NCBI RefSeq assembly: GCF_902652985.1
Contig: NC_047032.1
Location: 13,950,001 to 14,014,000 of the forward strand
Reading direction: 5' to 3'
From: Pecten maximus
Taxonomy: Eukaryota
DNA length: 64,000 nucleotides
The position numbers and the translations under genes were made by a program. The notes beneath the pieces are model-generated. The model was not told where the DNA came from. It saw only the letters and a list, made by a program, of their open reading frames with translations, and did not search any database. Position 1 is the first letter of the stretch. Every line of letters begins with the position of its first letter. Positions 36,201 to 49,645 of the stretch are shown one piece after another.

Positions 36201-39200
36201 TCATGATTCCATACTCCTCCTTCATGACACGTGATCACGCAATCGTAAAATACGCCACACTGATACCGGCAACTAACAATGTAGTCAGGTAATAATTAAG
36301 GGAGATAACCGAGTTATTTTATCAACCTCCCCCCTATAAAAACACACACACACAAACACAAAATGTATAAATATGTAACCATGGCAACAACACTTCGAGC
36401 TAACATGCTACTACGAGGTCATTATAAGTGACTGGTAACCATGACAACACCTAAATTACATACATATATTTGACAGTATTTGACAAAATCCCAATACACA
36501 TATTAAAACAGTGCCATATAACAATGCAATGTGATGAAAGATATCCATGTGATCAGTTTCAGGCCACTGATAATATATCGTTTTATTGGTTTTAAAAACT
36601 GAAATTATGCCCCTATGCTTCCAGGAATATAGACTTTCAAGTTACATGATATTCAGTACCCTTCGCCTAAGAAACCTGCAAGGCAAATTTGATCAAATGC
36701 TTTTATCTAAAAAAAAATATAGAAGAGTAAAACTCTTTTATTTTCCACTATTGGGACCAAACCTCTGCATCCAGGAAGCCGGCAGAACACACACCCTCCC
36801 CTGTATTTTGTCTCCTTCACCCAATTAATCAATCAAGCCACACAGAGCAAGCAGTTTAGTGATCTAACTCTGTCATATTCCACAGCCTGGTATGCGGGAT
36901 AATGATATTCTCGACTGTATTTTCGACCCTGATTACCAACAGCCCACACCTGTTGAGGAGCGATATTGTCACGATTCTGAAGACCAGCGGGCCCGCCAGC
37001 ACGGGCCTCACATTTATATGGTATGGATTCCTGACGCTTTGACTGTCTTTGGTATCTTTATAGATTTGTCATGAGGGTATTTTAGCTTTTAAACTATATG
37101 TTTTATGGTGATTTTTAAAGAAGTTTTGTCCTAGGAACTTGACTTGATAATTCTTATACATTAACAATGGTTTCAGTGTACTATTGATTTATTCATGTTT
37201 TAATTTCCTTCGATTTTTATTGATATTCATTGTGTACACATCAGTATTCTCATTTTATAAGAGAAACTTTTTTTAGTCTGAAAAAACAAAAAAAATATGT
37301 TCAAATTTCTGAAATCAATCAGCCAGGGAGGGACTTTATTGAGAACATACCGTGTTTATAATCATTAAATTCAAAGTAAGACGTTTTATAACACCTTTCA
37401 GGATCCCTGTCCTGTTTTCTACGCTGGGAACATTGGGACGAATTCTAGCTATTCTCTTCTTCCTTTGTCTGTCGTGTGCGGGAGTTACCTCCCTTATTTC
37501 AAACATGGAGCTCGTCTGTCATACATTGGAAGATTTTGGACGTAAGTACGGTAACCATAAAAAATCTCAGGGTATTGTAACTGTTATGTTATAGAGGTAA
37601 ACATGCAAAATTAGTTCTTTCAGATAAAGCATATATTTGCAACAGAGCAAATGTTGGCGCAAAGATCACTCATGTGAATGTTCATTACAATCGGTTCATT
37701 ATTTCCTAGCCCGTATCGTATCCCCTTCTAAACGTTGTTTAAGTTAAATCTAATTGTTCCGTACCCCGTTTTTTGTGTTATTAAAATGAAAAAAAACCCA
37801 ACAACAACAAACAAACAACAACAAAACACAAACTCTACTCTTTAGTCTTACATTGGCTGCAAGGGGCTGAAACAAGACTCATAATATCACTGTTTATTTC
37901 AGAGTACACACAGTGATTTTTGGTTTTATGACTCCGTTACTAAATAAAGCTCTCTCAAATTGATAACAACAACTGCAACAAATAACAAAACCCGCAGCAG
38001 ATTAAAACAACAAACTGCATCAGATCTCCTCATTTTCAAACTAGTGATCAGTTACAAATCTGTTTTACATACATAACATGAAAAATTGTCATCTTCTTTA
38101 TATTGGAGGTATTTTGGTTCACAACAGAGAAATACATATTATCTTCAACAATCTCCTCATCGGAAGTTACAAATTGTAAAACATTGCCTATAGTGCACCG
38201 GTGTAGTGACTGTTCGGGAATCCTCTATTTTGTAGTCCCTCGGAAGTTTGGTATGCCCGGTACAGTACTGTTGACGTTTGGTGTTGGTGTGATGTCGGCG
38301 GTGAACATAGATATATTAACCAATCAGGTATTGCCATCAGGTTATATCCTTGTCAAAGATTTATTGACCAATTAAATATTGTTTTTCATTATATTCTTTT
38401 CATAGATATATTGACCAATCAGGCATTGGTGTTTAATTCTATTCTTGTCATAGATCTAGAAATATTGACACTTGCCCCCAAATAACCAAGGCTATTTGTG
38501 TCCCCCTGTACACCTGTCCCCATATAACCAAGGTTGTTGATGTCCCCCTGTACACCTGTCCCGAATGACCAAGGTTGTTGATGTTCCCCTGTACACCTGT
38601 CCCCAAATAACCAAGACTGTTGGTGTCCCCCTGTACACCTGTCCCCAAATAACCAAGGCTGTTGGTGTCCCCCTGTACACCTGTCCCCAAATAACCAAGG
38701 CTGTTGGTGTCCCCCTGTACACCTGTCCATATATAACCAAGGTTGTTGATGTCCCACTGTACACCTGTCCCCAAATAACCAAGGTTGTTGGTGTCCCACT
38801 GTACACCTGTCCATATATAACCAAGGTTGTTGATGTCCGACTGTACACCTGTCCCCAAATAACCAAGGCTGTTGGTCTCTCCCTGTACACCTGTCCCCAA
38901 ATAACCAAGGCTGTTGGTGTCCCCCTGTACACCTGTCCCCAAATAACCAAGGTCGTTGGTGTCCCCCTGTACACCTGTCCCCAAATAACCAAGGCTGTTG
39001 GTGTCCCCCTGTACACCTGTCCCTAATAACCAAGGCTGTTGGTGTCCCCCTGTACACCTGTCCCCAAATAACCAAGGCTGTTGGTGTCCCCCTGTACACC
39101 TGTCCCCAAATAACCAAGGCTGTTGATGTCCCCCTGTACACCCGTCCCCAAATAACCAAGGCTGTTGGTGTCCCCCTGTACACATGTCCCTAATAACCAA

Positions 39201-42200
39201 GGTTGTTGGTGTCCCCCTGTACACCTGTCCCCAAATAACCAAGGCTGTTGGTGTCCCCCTGTACACCTGTCCCCAAATAACCAAGGTTGTTTTTGTCCCC
39301 CTGTACACCTGTCCCTTATAACCAAGGCTGTTGGTGTCCTCCTGTACACCTGTCCCCAAATAACCAAGGCTGTTGGTGTCCCCCTGTACACCTGTCCCAA
39401 AATAACCAAGGCTGTTGGTGTCCCCCTGTACACCTGTCCCTAATAACCAAGGTCGTTGGTGTCCCCATGTACACCTGTCCCTAATAACCAAGGCTGTTGG
39501 TGTCCCCCTGTACACCCGTCCCCAAATAACCAAGGCTGTTGATGTCCCCCTGTACACCTGTCCCCAAATAACCAAGGCTGTTGGTGTCCCCCTGTACACC
39601 TGTCCCTAATAACCAAGGCTGTTGATGTCCCCCTGTACACCTGTCCCCAAATAACCAAGGCTGTTGGTGTCCCCCTGTACACCTGTCCCCTAATAACCAG
39701 GGCTGTTGATGTCCCCCTGTACACCTGTCCCTAATAACCAAGGCTGTTGGTGTCCCCCTGTACACCTGTCCCCTAATAACCAAGGCTGTTGGTGTCCCCC
39801 TGTACACCTGTCCCCTAATAACCAAGGCTGTTGATGTCCTCCTGTACACCTGTCCCTAATAACCAAGGCTGTTGGTGTCCCCTTGTACACCTGTCCCTAA
39901 TAACCAAGGCTATTGATGTCCCCCAGTACACCTGTCCCCAAATAACCAAGGTTGTTGGTGTCCCCCTGTACACCTGTCCCCAAATAACCAAGGCTGTTGG
40001 TGTCCCCCTGTACACCTGTCCCCAAATAACCAAGGCTGTTGATGTCCCACTGTACACCTGTCCCTAATAACCAAGGCTGTTGATGTCCCCTGTACACCTG
40101 TGCCCTAATAACCAAGGCTGTTGATGTCCCCATGTACACCTGTCCCTAATAACCAAGGCTATTGATGTCCCCCTGTACACCTGTCCCTAATAACCAAGGC
40201 TGTTGGTGTCCCCCTGTACACCTGTCCCTCAATAACCAAGGTTTTTGGTGTCCCCCTGTACACCTGTCCCTCAATAACCAAGGCTGTTGATGTCCCCCTG
40301 TACACCTGTCCCCAAATAACCAAGGCTATTGGTGTCCCCTTGTACACCTGTCCCTAATAACCAAGGCTATTGATGTCCCCCAGTACACCTGTCCCCAAAT
40401 AACCAAGGTTGTTGGTGTCCCCCTGTACACCTGTCCCCAAATAACCAAGGCTGTTGGTGTCCCCCTGTACACCTGTCCCTAATAACCAAGGTTGTTGGTG
40501 TCCTCCTGTACACCTGTCCCTAATAACCAAGGCTATTTGTGTCCCCCTGTACACCTGTCCCTAATAACCAAGGTTGTTGATGTCCCCCTGTACACCTGTC
40601 CCTAAATAACCAAGGCTGTTGATGTCTCCCTTTACACCTGTCCCAAATAACCAAGGCTGTTGGTGCCCCCCTGTACACCTGCCCCTAATAACCAATGCTA
40701 CTGGTGTCCCCCTGCAAACCTGTCCCCCAAATAACCAAGGTTGTTTGTGTCCCCTGTACACCTGTCCCAAATAACCAAGGCTGTTGGTGTCCCCCTGTAC
40801 ACCTGTCCCCAAATAACCAAAGCTGTTGATGTCCCCCTGTACACCCGTCCCCAAATAACCAAGGTTGTTGATGTCCCCCTGCACACCTGTCCCCAATTAA
40901 CCAGGGCTGTTGGTGTCCACCTGTACACCTGTCCCTAAATAACCAAGGCTGTTGATGTCCCACTGTACACCTGTCCCCAAATAACCAAGGTTGTTGACGT
41001 CCCCCTGTACACCAGTCCATAATAACCAAGGTTGTTGGTGTCCACCTGTACGCCCGTCCCCTAATAACCAAGGCTGTTGATGTTCCTGTGTTCATCAGTC
41101 CCCAATGACCTAGACAGTTGGTGTGCATTGAGCTCTCGTCTTCATATGACCTAGCTTTGGGAGTCACACTCGCCTTATATGAACACTGATATTGTTGTTA
41201 CCCAAAACACCCGTCCTCACATGACTGTTCAACCCGTCCTCATGTTAACCTGGTATTTCGGGGCATTTGGAAGCCTAATATCTCTTATAATACAACACTT
41301 ACATTGTATCTACTTTTCTGTGCAGGACTTCGTGTGGGCGTTTGCCCTCCTCATTAACGGTCTAATGCTTCAGTACCTTGTCATCAGGTACGGATTAAAT
41401 AAATTCCGGCTACATCTGTTCAACGATTACGGGATCGATGATTGGAAGCTCCCGGCTTTCTGGAAATGGATCGTGTTGTAAGTAGATCTCCTATATAGTT
41501 AATAATTATTTAGGGGTTTTTTTTGACAAGAGAAAGAATAATATGCAAGGTTGCGCGAAATTAACTACCACGAACTATGTTTGTTAGACGCTGCCAACCG
41601 CAAAATATTAGCACCGTGAAAATTCATAACTATACAGTATGCAGTAGATACTTCTATAATTTCAGTATTTACATTCGCTACGTTTTCATATTCACGCTCT
41701 ATGTAATGACCGCGAATATATTACCATATATACTGAACGATCAGCTCAAAAGGCAGGCAGTGTCGAGGCAGACGGTGGAAAGAAAAAAGTTGTTTAGAAA
41801 GAAGAGAACATGTAAATTCCAATGTAGTCGGCTCTCTTACAAAGTCAAATAATGCTTCTGAAGAGTGGGCAATTGTAAAAAAAAACAACAACCGGAATCT
41901 CAATTGTTGCCATATGTGTTTGTGAACTACTTAAAACTAGATTGATGTCCCCAAAGTGAGGTCGTCATAATATCGTAATAATACTGTAGCTCTTCTGACA
42001 TGATGCTTCATGTTTTAATTGTACACTATTGTATATATTATTGTATCTTGTAAGTGTTTGTGATCTCCACCTACACGTTTAACCCCGACATCACTGACAA
42101 GACGAGTCCTTGAAACAGGAAACAGATGTACACATAAGATCTTATGCTAATTTGATATAATTGGCGGAGTCACTTAAAGAAACAACTTGTCTGTCCTTCA

Positions 42201-44040
42201 AAGGTTATTGTCAACATGCAATAGACATAATATGACATTTATTTTACAAACAGTTCATTTTTAGTATTGATAAAAATATGAAACCAAATAAATTAAAAAC
42301 AAAAACAATCAATCGTTTTAGATAAGTTTTGATGTGTTTATCTTTATCTTAGTAAACGACTTTTTTTACTTATTCCGGGGGGGGGGGGGGGGGGGGGGGG
42401 GATTTTTATTCGTCGATGTTAAATGGTCAAAGGTCACCTTTGATCATCTTTTGTGTAGGTAGGGGATACCTAGGATTGTAATTTCCATTGTTGCTTGGCC
42501 TTAAATGATGCAAACATCGCTGTCTCGAAAACAAGACAAAAAGTATCAAAAGTAAAAAGACAGTTTCAATGGTTCTGTCTGTGTTACTGGCTTCATGAAA
42601 TCTACCGAAGGATGACGTAAAATTAATCAACGTAAACGCACACACTTAAGCAATGAACAGTGGTTTTAATGTTGTTATAGTGGATATGGCAGCAAGATGT
42701 ATGGTGGGCAAATGGCATGGGAACCCGTTAGGGTTGCTACATTTGCCCACCATACATCTTGCTGCCATATGGACTATAACAACATTAAAACCTCTGTTCA
42801 ATACTTATATTTACATTGTCTTACTATTTTTGTCAGCTTTGAAAAACACTAAACAAACACAAAAAAATCCCGCCTTTTTAATGTCACATGACCCGCTGGG
42901 TGTTATAACCTGAGGCACTGGGTGTTATAGGCGTATGGTGGCAACTTCATCTTAGCATTGTGTCAATGGGGAAATGAGGAGCAAATGTAAATATAACCAA
43001 ATGACGACATTTCGTCCGAGTAGGACCGTGATTTCTAACTAGACTTGGTCTAACTTGGTCTAGGGGAAACTGAAAATACTTTTGATTGAGCGTTTGTATT
43101 TTTAAGGGTTATCGCCCCTATAGAGGCATTGGTCATCCTGGTGTGGTGGGCAGTGGACTTGATTCAGGACGAGTCTGATCTGGAGGAGAAGTGGTACGAG
43201 TTCGGCACTGAGACGTTTATGGTAACAATAGTACAAGTACGTACATTTTTTCATTTGAAATTTCGGCTCAAAAACATTTACTTGCAAGATAGTTCACCAG
43301 TTCGGCACTTAAACCTTTAAACGGTAGCAGTTCGGCACACAGACCTTCAAAATGTAATAGTTCGGCACCAAGACCTTTTAAATAGTTACAGTTCTGTTCG
43401 ATAAAGTTATAACCATATACACACGGTACATATTAACTGCTAGGCAGGTACTAGTAATACCCAGACCTTCATTACATTTTTTTTCAAATAACCGATATAT
43501 TCTGGCTGTGTCGGACCATTAAGTGTTGAAATTAATCTTTACAGCTCAACTAAACACTTGCTTATTGTGGGATTTTTTTTCTTTGACTTTGATTTGAGGC
43601 GTTTCCTGTTCAATGATATGCCTTGTGGTTCAAATCGATACCACAGTTCCGTTTTTGAGAACGCAATATTTCCCGGATTTGACCTTATATATTTCCATGT
43701 CGGGTTTGGTCGATAGATTAGAAGATGACAACTATTCTGAAACACCTGGACATTTTCACCCTGTTTTAAAGAGTGTTTATATAAATATAGTTTTGTTGAT
43801 ATTTGTTGACACGTGCATATACATCTCGACATTTTCTGATTGTTTCAGTGGATAAGTCTGGCGCTGTTTGTAATCATCATCAACATGATGTGGCTGTACT
43901 GTAGAGGACTATACGGGAAGTCGGATGAGACCATTCGACTTATCGGACATAGGCAAACTGAGGACCCGGATGTTTATCAGGGAACGGAGGTTGCAAGTTC
44001 CGGAAATGACGTCACAACTGTAAAAGATATAAAACTCTGA
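30247..44040 (+). CDS. SLC6/NSS sodium-dependent transporter of prokaryote-like (YocR/YhdH-like) type, ~564 aa
   Basis: Exons 30247-30303 (tentative first coding exon), 32451-32583, 33586-33769, 35325-35439, 35745-35946, 36126-36288, 36886-37020, 37402-37541, 38236-38327, 41326-41477, 43107-43236 and 43849-44040 (1695 nt, phases consistent). NSS motifs RFSTKLG..CLGCVVGTGNIWRFPR, EYGTGR, YYSVVLGW, FLFTPDW, WVDAISQNAFDTGAGMG, GLTFIWIP, FFLCLSCAGVTS..SNME. Confidence 0.92.
31200..31745. repeat. 82-bp minisatellite (~6.5 copies; degenerate flanks ~30950-31830) in transporter intron 1
   Basis: Unit TATAATGCCCTTTGACGGGCCCTTTGCTAATATACAGCAAAACCTTGATATATTGTCCCTCGGATACATAGTAAAATACCGA, itself made of two related sub-repeats. 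Confidence 0.92.
33841..35352 (+). repeat. 54/38-bp minisatellite made of the intron 3/exon 4 junction of the transporter
   Basis: Unit TTTGTTGTTTACAG|ATGTTACTATTCCGTTGTCCTGGGCTGTTGTTTATAACCG; the last copy runs into the true exon (CYYSVVLGWC). Confidence 0.93.
38474..41105. repeat. 41/42-bp minisatellite (~60 copies) in transporter intron 9
   Basis: Unit GTCCCCCTGTACACCTGTCCCCAAATAACCAAGGCTGTTGGT with 1-bp length variants. Confidence 0.97.
42647..42807. mobile_element. Near-perfect ~160-bp foldback (hairpin) MITE in transporter intron 10
   Basis: TGAACAG.GGTTTTAATGTTGTTATAGT..ATATGGCAGCAAGATGTATGGTGGGCAAATG pairs with CATTTGCCCACCATACATCTTGCTGCCATAT..ACTATAACAACATTAAAACC.CTGTTCA. Confidence 0.85.
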
Positions 44041-45087
44041 AAACTTACACTTTTGTATTATTTCAAAATCACGTGATATATGCGATGAAAATCACATACC
44101 ACGCCACGACTGTCCTCGCCTATGCGAATGAAGGGGAGACAACAAAGATACTCATTAAATGCACTAGGTGGCGTGACTTGACCACTTCCTTCACTGTTTG
44201 ATGGGATAGGTTTGTCAAAAGATGGAGCCACATTTGTATCACCATCCAAACAGATAGGAAATAATAGTTAAAAACCTCATTCACGTGGAAGTTTTTAAAC
44301 TGAATATTTGATGTGTGGATTAAGTTATATTTTGTATTTGTGCCTTTTGATTCCATTGTAATATCTGTGATAAATGAACTGTTTAGTAATTATGTCTATT
44401 GTCAAAATGGTATGAGCTGTTAAGTACATTGTGTCTATATTCAAAAGGATGTGAACTGTTTAGTAATTATAACTATGGTTAAACAATATATGAACTGTTT
44501 AGAAAAAGTCCTTAGTAAAACATTTTAACTACAGTGCAATAAGTTACTGTGTCATTTTATATTGTATAATAATGACAAAGAGCGATCCTGGCCTTATTGG
44601 CATCAAATTTAAAACAAAAGCTCAAGAATATGGCAACAGTACAGTGTAGTAATACAGTGTATCATAGACTTGTTATTTCTCGGAAAGGAAAGAGCACAAC
44701 ATGTAACCTTCCTCAACTAAAAACCAAAATTGTAGTGTCAAAGGAGACATTGGGGAAAAAATGAAAATAAAAACGTTGTGGAATGAAATAATGCTAAGAA
44801 ATCCCACGTTTAGTTGTGTCTGATAGCAGATACAGTTTCCGACCTTTTAAAGATCATAGCCAGTTTGATTTATAATTCCATAACGAAGTCACTAAAAAAA
44901 AAAAAAAAAAAGAAAAAGAAAGAACACAGTACGACCGATTGACTTAGGGTTCATTTCTACAACAGGAACAGCCAGGGACCAGGTCCCTTAACTAATGTGG
45001 TCACTCGCCCGCCACTTTTATTGGAAAGGAGCATTCCTTCTTTTTCTGTTTTTTTTTTATGGTCTAGGCTGACTACAGTGTGATTTT

Positions 45088-47741
45088 GTATTGTTTTACG
45101 TCCTATCACTAGCTATGGTTTGTTGATGGTGTCCTCTATGTGCTATATATTGTTTTACGTCCTACCACTAGCTATGGTTTGTTGATGGTGTCCTCTGTGT
45201 GCCATATATTGTTTTACGTCCTATCACTAGCTATGGTTTGTTGATGGCGTCCTCTGTGTGCCATATATTGTTTTACGTCCTATCACTAGCTATTGTTTGC
45301 TGATGGTGTCCTCTATGTGCCATATATTGTTTTACGTCCTACCACTAGCTAGGGTTTGTTGATGGCGTCCTCTGTGTGCCATATATTGTTTTACGTCCTA
45401 TCACTAGCTAGGGTTTGTTGATGGCGTCCTCTGTGTGCCATATATTGTTTTACGTCCTATCACTAGCTAGGGTTTGTTGATGGCGTCCTCTGTGTGCCAT
45501 ATATTGTTTTACGTCCTACCACTAGCTAGGGTTTGTTGATGGCGTCCTCTGTGTGCCATATATTGTTTTACGTCCTATCACTAGCTATTGTTTGTTGATG
45601 GTGTCCTCTGTGTGCCATATATTGTTTTACGTCCTACCACTAGCTATTGTTTGTTGATGGTGTCCTCTATGTGCTATATATTGTTTTACGTCCTTCCACT
45701 AGCTATTGTTTGTTGATGGCGTCCTCTGTGTGCCATATATTGTTTTACGTCCTACCACTAGCTATAGTTTGTTGATGGCGTCCTCTGTGTGCCATATATT
45801 GTTTTACGTCCTACCACTAGCTTTAGTTTGTTGATGGCGTCCTCTATGTGCTATATATTGTTTTACGTCCTACCACTAGCTAGGGTTTGTTGATGGCGTC
45901 CTCTGTGTGCCATATATTGTTTTACGTCCTACCACTAGCTATGGTTTGGGAACGGCGTCCTCTGTGTGCCATATATTGTTTTACGTCCTACCACTAGCTA
46001 TTGTTTGTTGATGGTGTCCTCTGTGTGCCATATATTGTTTTACGTCCTACCACTAGCTATTGTTTGTTGATGGCGTCCTCTGTGTGCCATATATTGTTTT
46101 ACGTCCTACCACTAGCTATGGTTTGGGAACGGCGTCCTCTGTGTGCCATATATTGTTTTACGTCCTACCACTAGCTATTGTTTGTTGATGGTGTCCTCTG
46201 TGTGCCATATATTGTTTTACGTCCTACCACTAGCTATTGTTTGTTGATGGCGTCCTCTGTGTGCCATATATTGTTTTACGTCCTATCACTAGCTATTGTT
46301 TGTTGATGGTGTCCTCTGTGTGCCATATATTGTTTTACGTCCTATCACTAGCTATTGTTTGTTGATGGCGTCCTCTGTGTGCCATATATTGTTTTACGTC
46401 CTACCACTAGCTATTGTTTGTTGATGGCGTCCTCTGTGTGCCATATATTGTTTTACGTCCTATCACTAGCTATTGTTTGTTGATGGTGTCCTCTGTGTGC
46501 CATATATTGTTTTACGTCCTATCACTAGCTATTGTTTGTTGATAGCGTCCTCTGTGTGCCATATATTGTTTTACGTCCTACCACTAGCTATTGTTTGTTG
46601 ATAGCGTCCTCTGTGTGCCATATATTGTTTTACGTCCTATCACTAGCTATTGTTTGTTGATGGTGTCCTCTGTGTGCCATATATTGTTTTACGTCCTACC
46701 ACTAGCTAGGGTTTGTTGATGGTGTCCTCTATGTGCCATATATTGTTTTACGTCCTACCACTAGCTATGGTTTGTTGATGGTGTCCTCTATGTGCTATAT
46801 ATTGTTTTACGTCCTATCACTAGCTATGGTTTGTTGATGGCGTCCTCTGTGTGCCATATATTGTTTTACGTCCTACCACTAGCTATGGTTTGTTGATGGT
46901 GTCCTCTATGTGCTATATATTGTTTTACGTCCTATCACTAGCTATGGTTTGTTGATGGCGTCCTCTGTGTGCCATATATTGTTTTACGTCCTATCACTAG
47001 CTATTGTTTGCTGATGGTGTCCTCTATGTGCCATATATTGTTTTACGTCCTACCACTAGCTAGGGTTTGTTGATGGCGTCCTCTGTGTGCCATATATTGT
47101 TTTACGTCCTATCACTAGCTATGGTTTGTTGATGGCGTCCTCTGTGTGCCATATATTGTTTTACGTCCTATCACTAGCTATTGTTTGCTGATGGTGTCCT
47201 CTATGTGCCATATATTGTTTTACGTCCTACCACTAGCTAGGGTTTGTTGATGGCGTCCTCTGTGTGCCATATATTGTTTTACGTCCTATCACTAGCTATT
47301 GTTTGTTGATGGCGTCCTCTGTGTGCCATATATTGTTTTACGTCCTATCACTAGCTATTGTTTGTTGATGGTGTCCTCTGTGTGCCATATATTGTTTTAC
47401 GTCCTACCACTAGCTATTGTTTGTTGATGGTGTCTTCTGTGTGCCATATATTGTTTTACGTCCTATCACTAGCTATTGTTTGTTGATAGCGTCCTCTGTG
47501 TGCCATATATTGTTTTACGTCCTACCACTAGCTATTGTTTGTTGATGGTGTCCTCTGTGTGCCATATATTGTTTTACGTCCTATCACTAGCTATTGTTTG
47601 TTGATGGCGTCCTCTGTGTGCCATATGTTGTTTTACGTCCTATCACTAGCTATGGTTTGAGAATGGAGTCCTCTGTGTGCCATATATTGTTTTACGTCCT
47701 ATCACTAGCTATGGTTTGAGAATGGCGTCCTCTGTGTGCCG
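45088..47741. repeat. 59-bp tandem satellite (~45 copies)
   Basis: Unit TTGTTTTACGTCCTATCACTAGCTATTGTTTGTTGATGGCGTCCTCTGTGTGCCATATA. Confidence 0.97.
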
Positions 47742-48049
47742 TGTCACTATTGTATTTAAATATCGGCGACTGAAAAGTCTACCATTTTTTTAAAGGACAC
47801 ATTAGCACATTTCAAAACACAATTAGGGTCAGACACAGAAGAATCAAATTGAATTTAAGTTGCACCTTACAGCTGTGTCGTCCTAGGAAGTGTTGACAGC
47901 CATCCCCGGCCCCAGGTGAAGCTTGTAAGCAATAGTGTGTTTTTCACTGGGTACGAGGACGGTTGACACTTGGAGGCGATAATATTCAAAAGGTCGAAAT
48001 GAATATCAAAATCTGGTTATGGATGTTTGAAAAAGACCCATGTTTTAAT

Positions 48050-48500
48050 TTCCATAATTGTCCCTATTTTAAGAAAGCAAAGCTAAGAACACGATGTGTA
48101 AGAAGCAAACATTTTCATTCTCCGAACCAGCACAGTACTGAACATCATATGCTCATCTACATTATCTTGCCCATGTTAATTTGATGCTTTTTCAAATTTA
48201 GAGATTCTTTCTTGTTGTTTCTTGTCTCATGCACATTTTGCATCACCATTGGTAAGTATGACGTTTCAGATGAAATCATTTGCACATTTTCTTTCCTCCT
48301 TTAGCCCAGTCGGTAGAACGTCGGGTGGGCCTAGACCTCCTAATGCGTACGTCTGAGTTGTATGGTTCGTTCTTTGCCGGGCTCGATTTACTTTTTCCCA
48401 TAAAACTGAAATCACAGTCCTTCCTTTCTTTTCACGGTTGTATCCTAATCTATTGATACCACCCGGAAGGTGGCCTTTCCAATCCAGCATCTCTAGTCCT
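48050..48500 (-). mobile_element. Highly decayed L1/Tx1-like retrotransposon fragment
   Basis: Minus-strand ORF contains ISVLWEKVNR.....TQTYALGGLGPPDV, resembling the post-RT F(L/I)W...R......GGLGLPD motif of L1/Tx1 ORF2. Confidence 0.35.
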
Positions 48501-49645
48501 TGCCATCCATTGGTTACAATAACTCTCTTAGCTAATACACAATATCAAATCTAGGAAATAAACAATTACATCACAACGCATCGCGACCGACAGATTGACG
48601 ATTTATAACTCATGCATACTGTCAGGTTTGACGAAGCAGACATATCTCTATTCCCTCTCCGCATTAGCTGATTCGTAAAATAAATAACAAGGTAAGTTCG
48701 GTAGAGATAATATATATTTTGTCAAAATCAGATGTACCTATTGATTTTGTTGTTTTTGTTTGTTTGTTTTTGTTGTTTTTGTTGTTTTTATATATTATTG
48801 GAACAGCTAACGTTTAAAGTTATAAATCACACTCGCATTGCCGTTGATATCTCTAGTGCTTGCATCCGTCAGTCTCGGAACTATGCGCCTTGAATAAGTC
48901 TGTATAGTTTCAAAAAATATTATTCTTATGACTGTGCTATTATTGAGCATTTTTTTACTGCTTGTGTTTTTATTTGTTTCGTTTTTATTTAATGGGTTTG
49001 TGGTATTGTTGCCCTAACATCACTTAAACATTTTCAAAGGGCGAAATAGCTGTACGGTTGATATCGTATCTCTATCTTTATATTTAAAGACGCTTTGTAT
49101 GTCTATTTTACGATCGATGAACCGACAATCTTCATACCTTTTGAATCACCAGTATTGTAAAATTACACCACCCAGAGTGCAATATTCTTTAGTGCCATAC
49201 TTAGTTTTGAAGAGCACGGTCTTATTAAATTAAAATTTCTGTCATATTCAAATATATGGCACTATCCCGACAATTTATTATTATATCATACAACATCTAT
49301 ATAACGCACTATTCAATTTTCCAAAATAATTTAATGCGCTTTACACCACATAATGTAATGATACATTTAAAGTGTTTCACAATATACAGAGCATGTATAA
49401 TGTATATCGAGTCGAGCAATTAGATGATTATATTTACAGGACGTCTTCAATAAAGTCTAAATAGAGTAAACACAAACAAGTGTGTTTTAACCTCCTTGAA
49501 TTTGACCAGTGTTTCTCGACTTTCTGGTAACATATCGTAAGCTCAAAGTGGAATAAATAAATAATTTTAATTATATTCACTTATAATCAAATAATAGCTT
49601 CATAAAAAATATGAACAAAGTCTGAACTGCATTATATTTCGACAG

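Noticed and set aside
38419-41167. Long repetitive ORFs (GDTNSLGYLGTGVQ repeats, up to 383 aa)
   Set aside because: By-products of a 41/42-bp intronic minisatellite; open in several frames on both strands and shifting frame with unit length.
43295-43400. Short ~31-bp repeat sharing AGTTCGGCAC with transporter exon 11
   Set aside because: Only a 10-bp match to the exon, insufficient to claim exon-derived origin.
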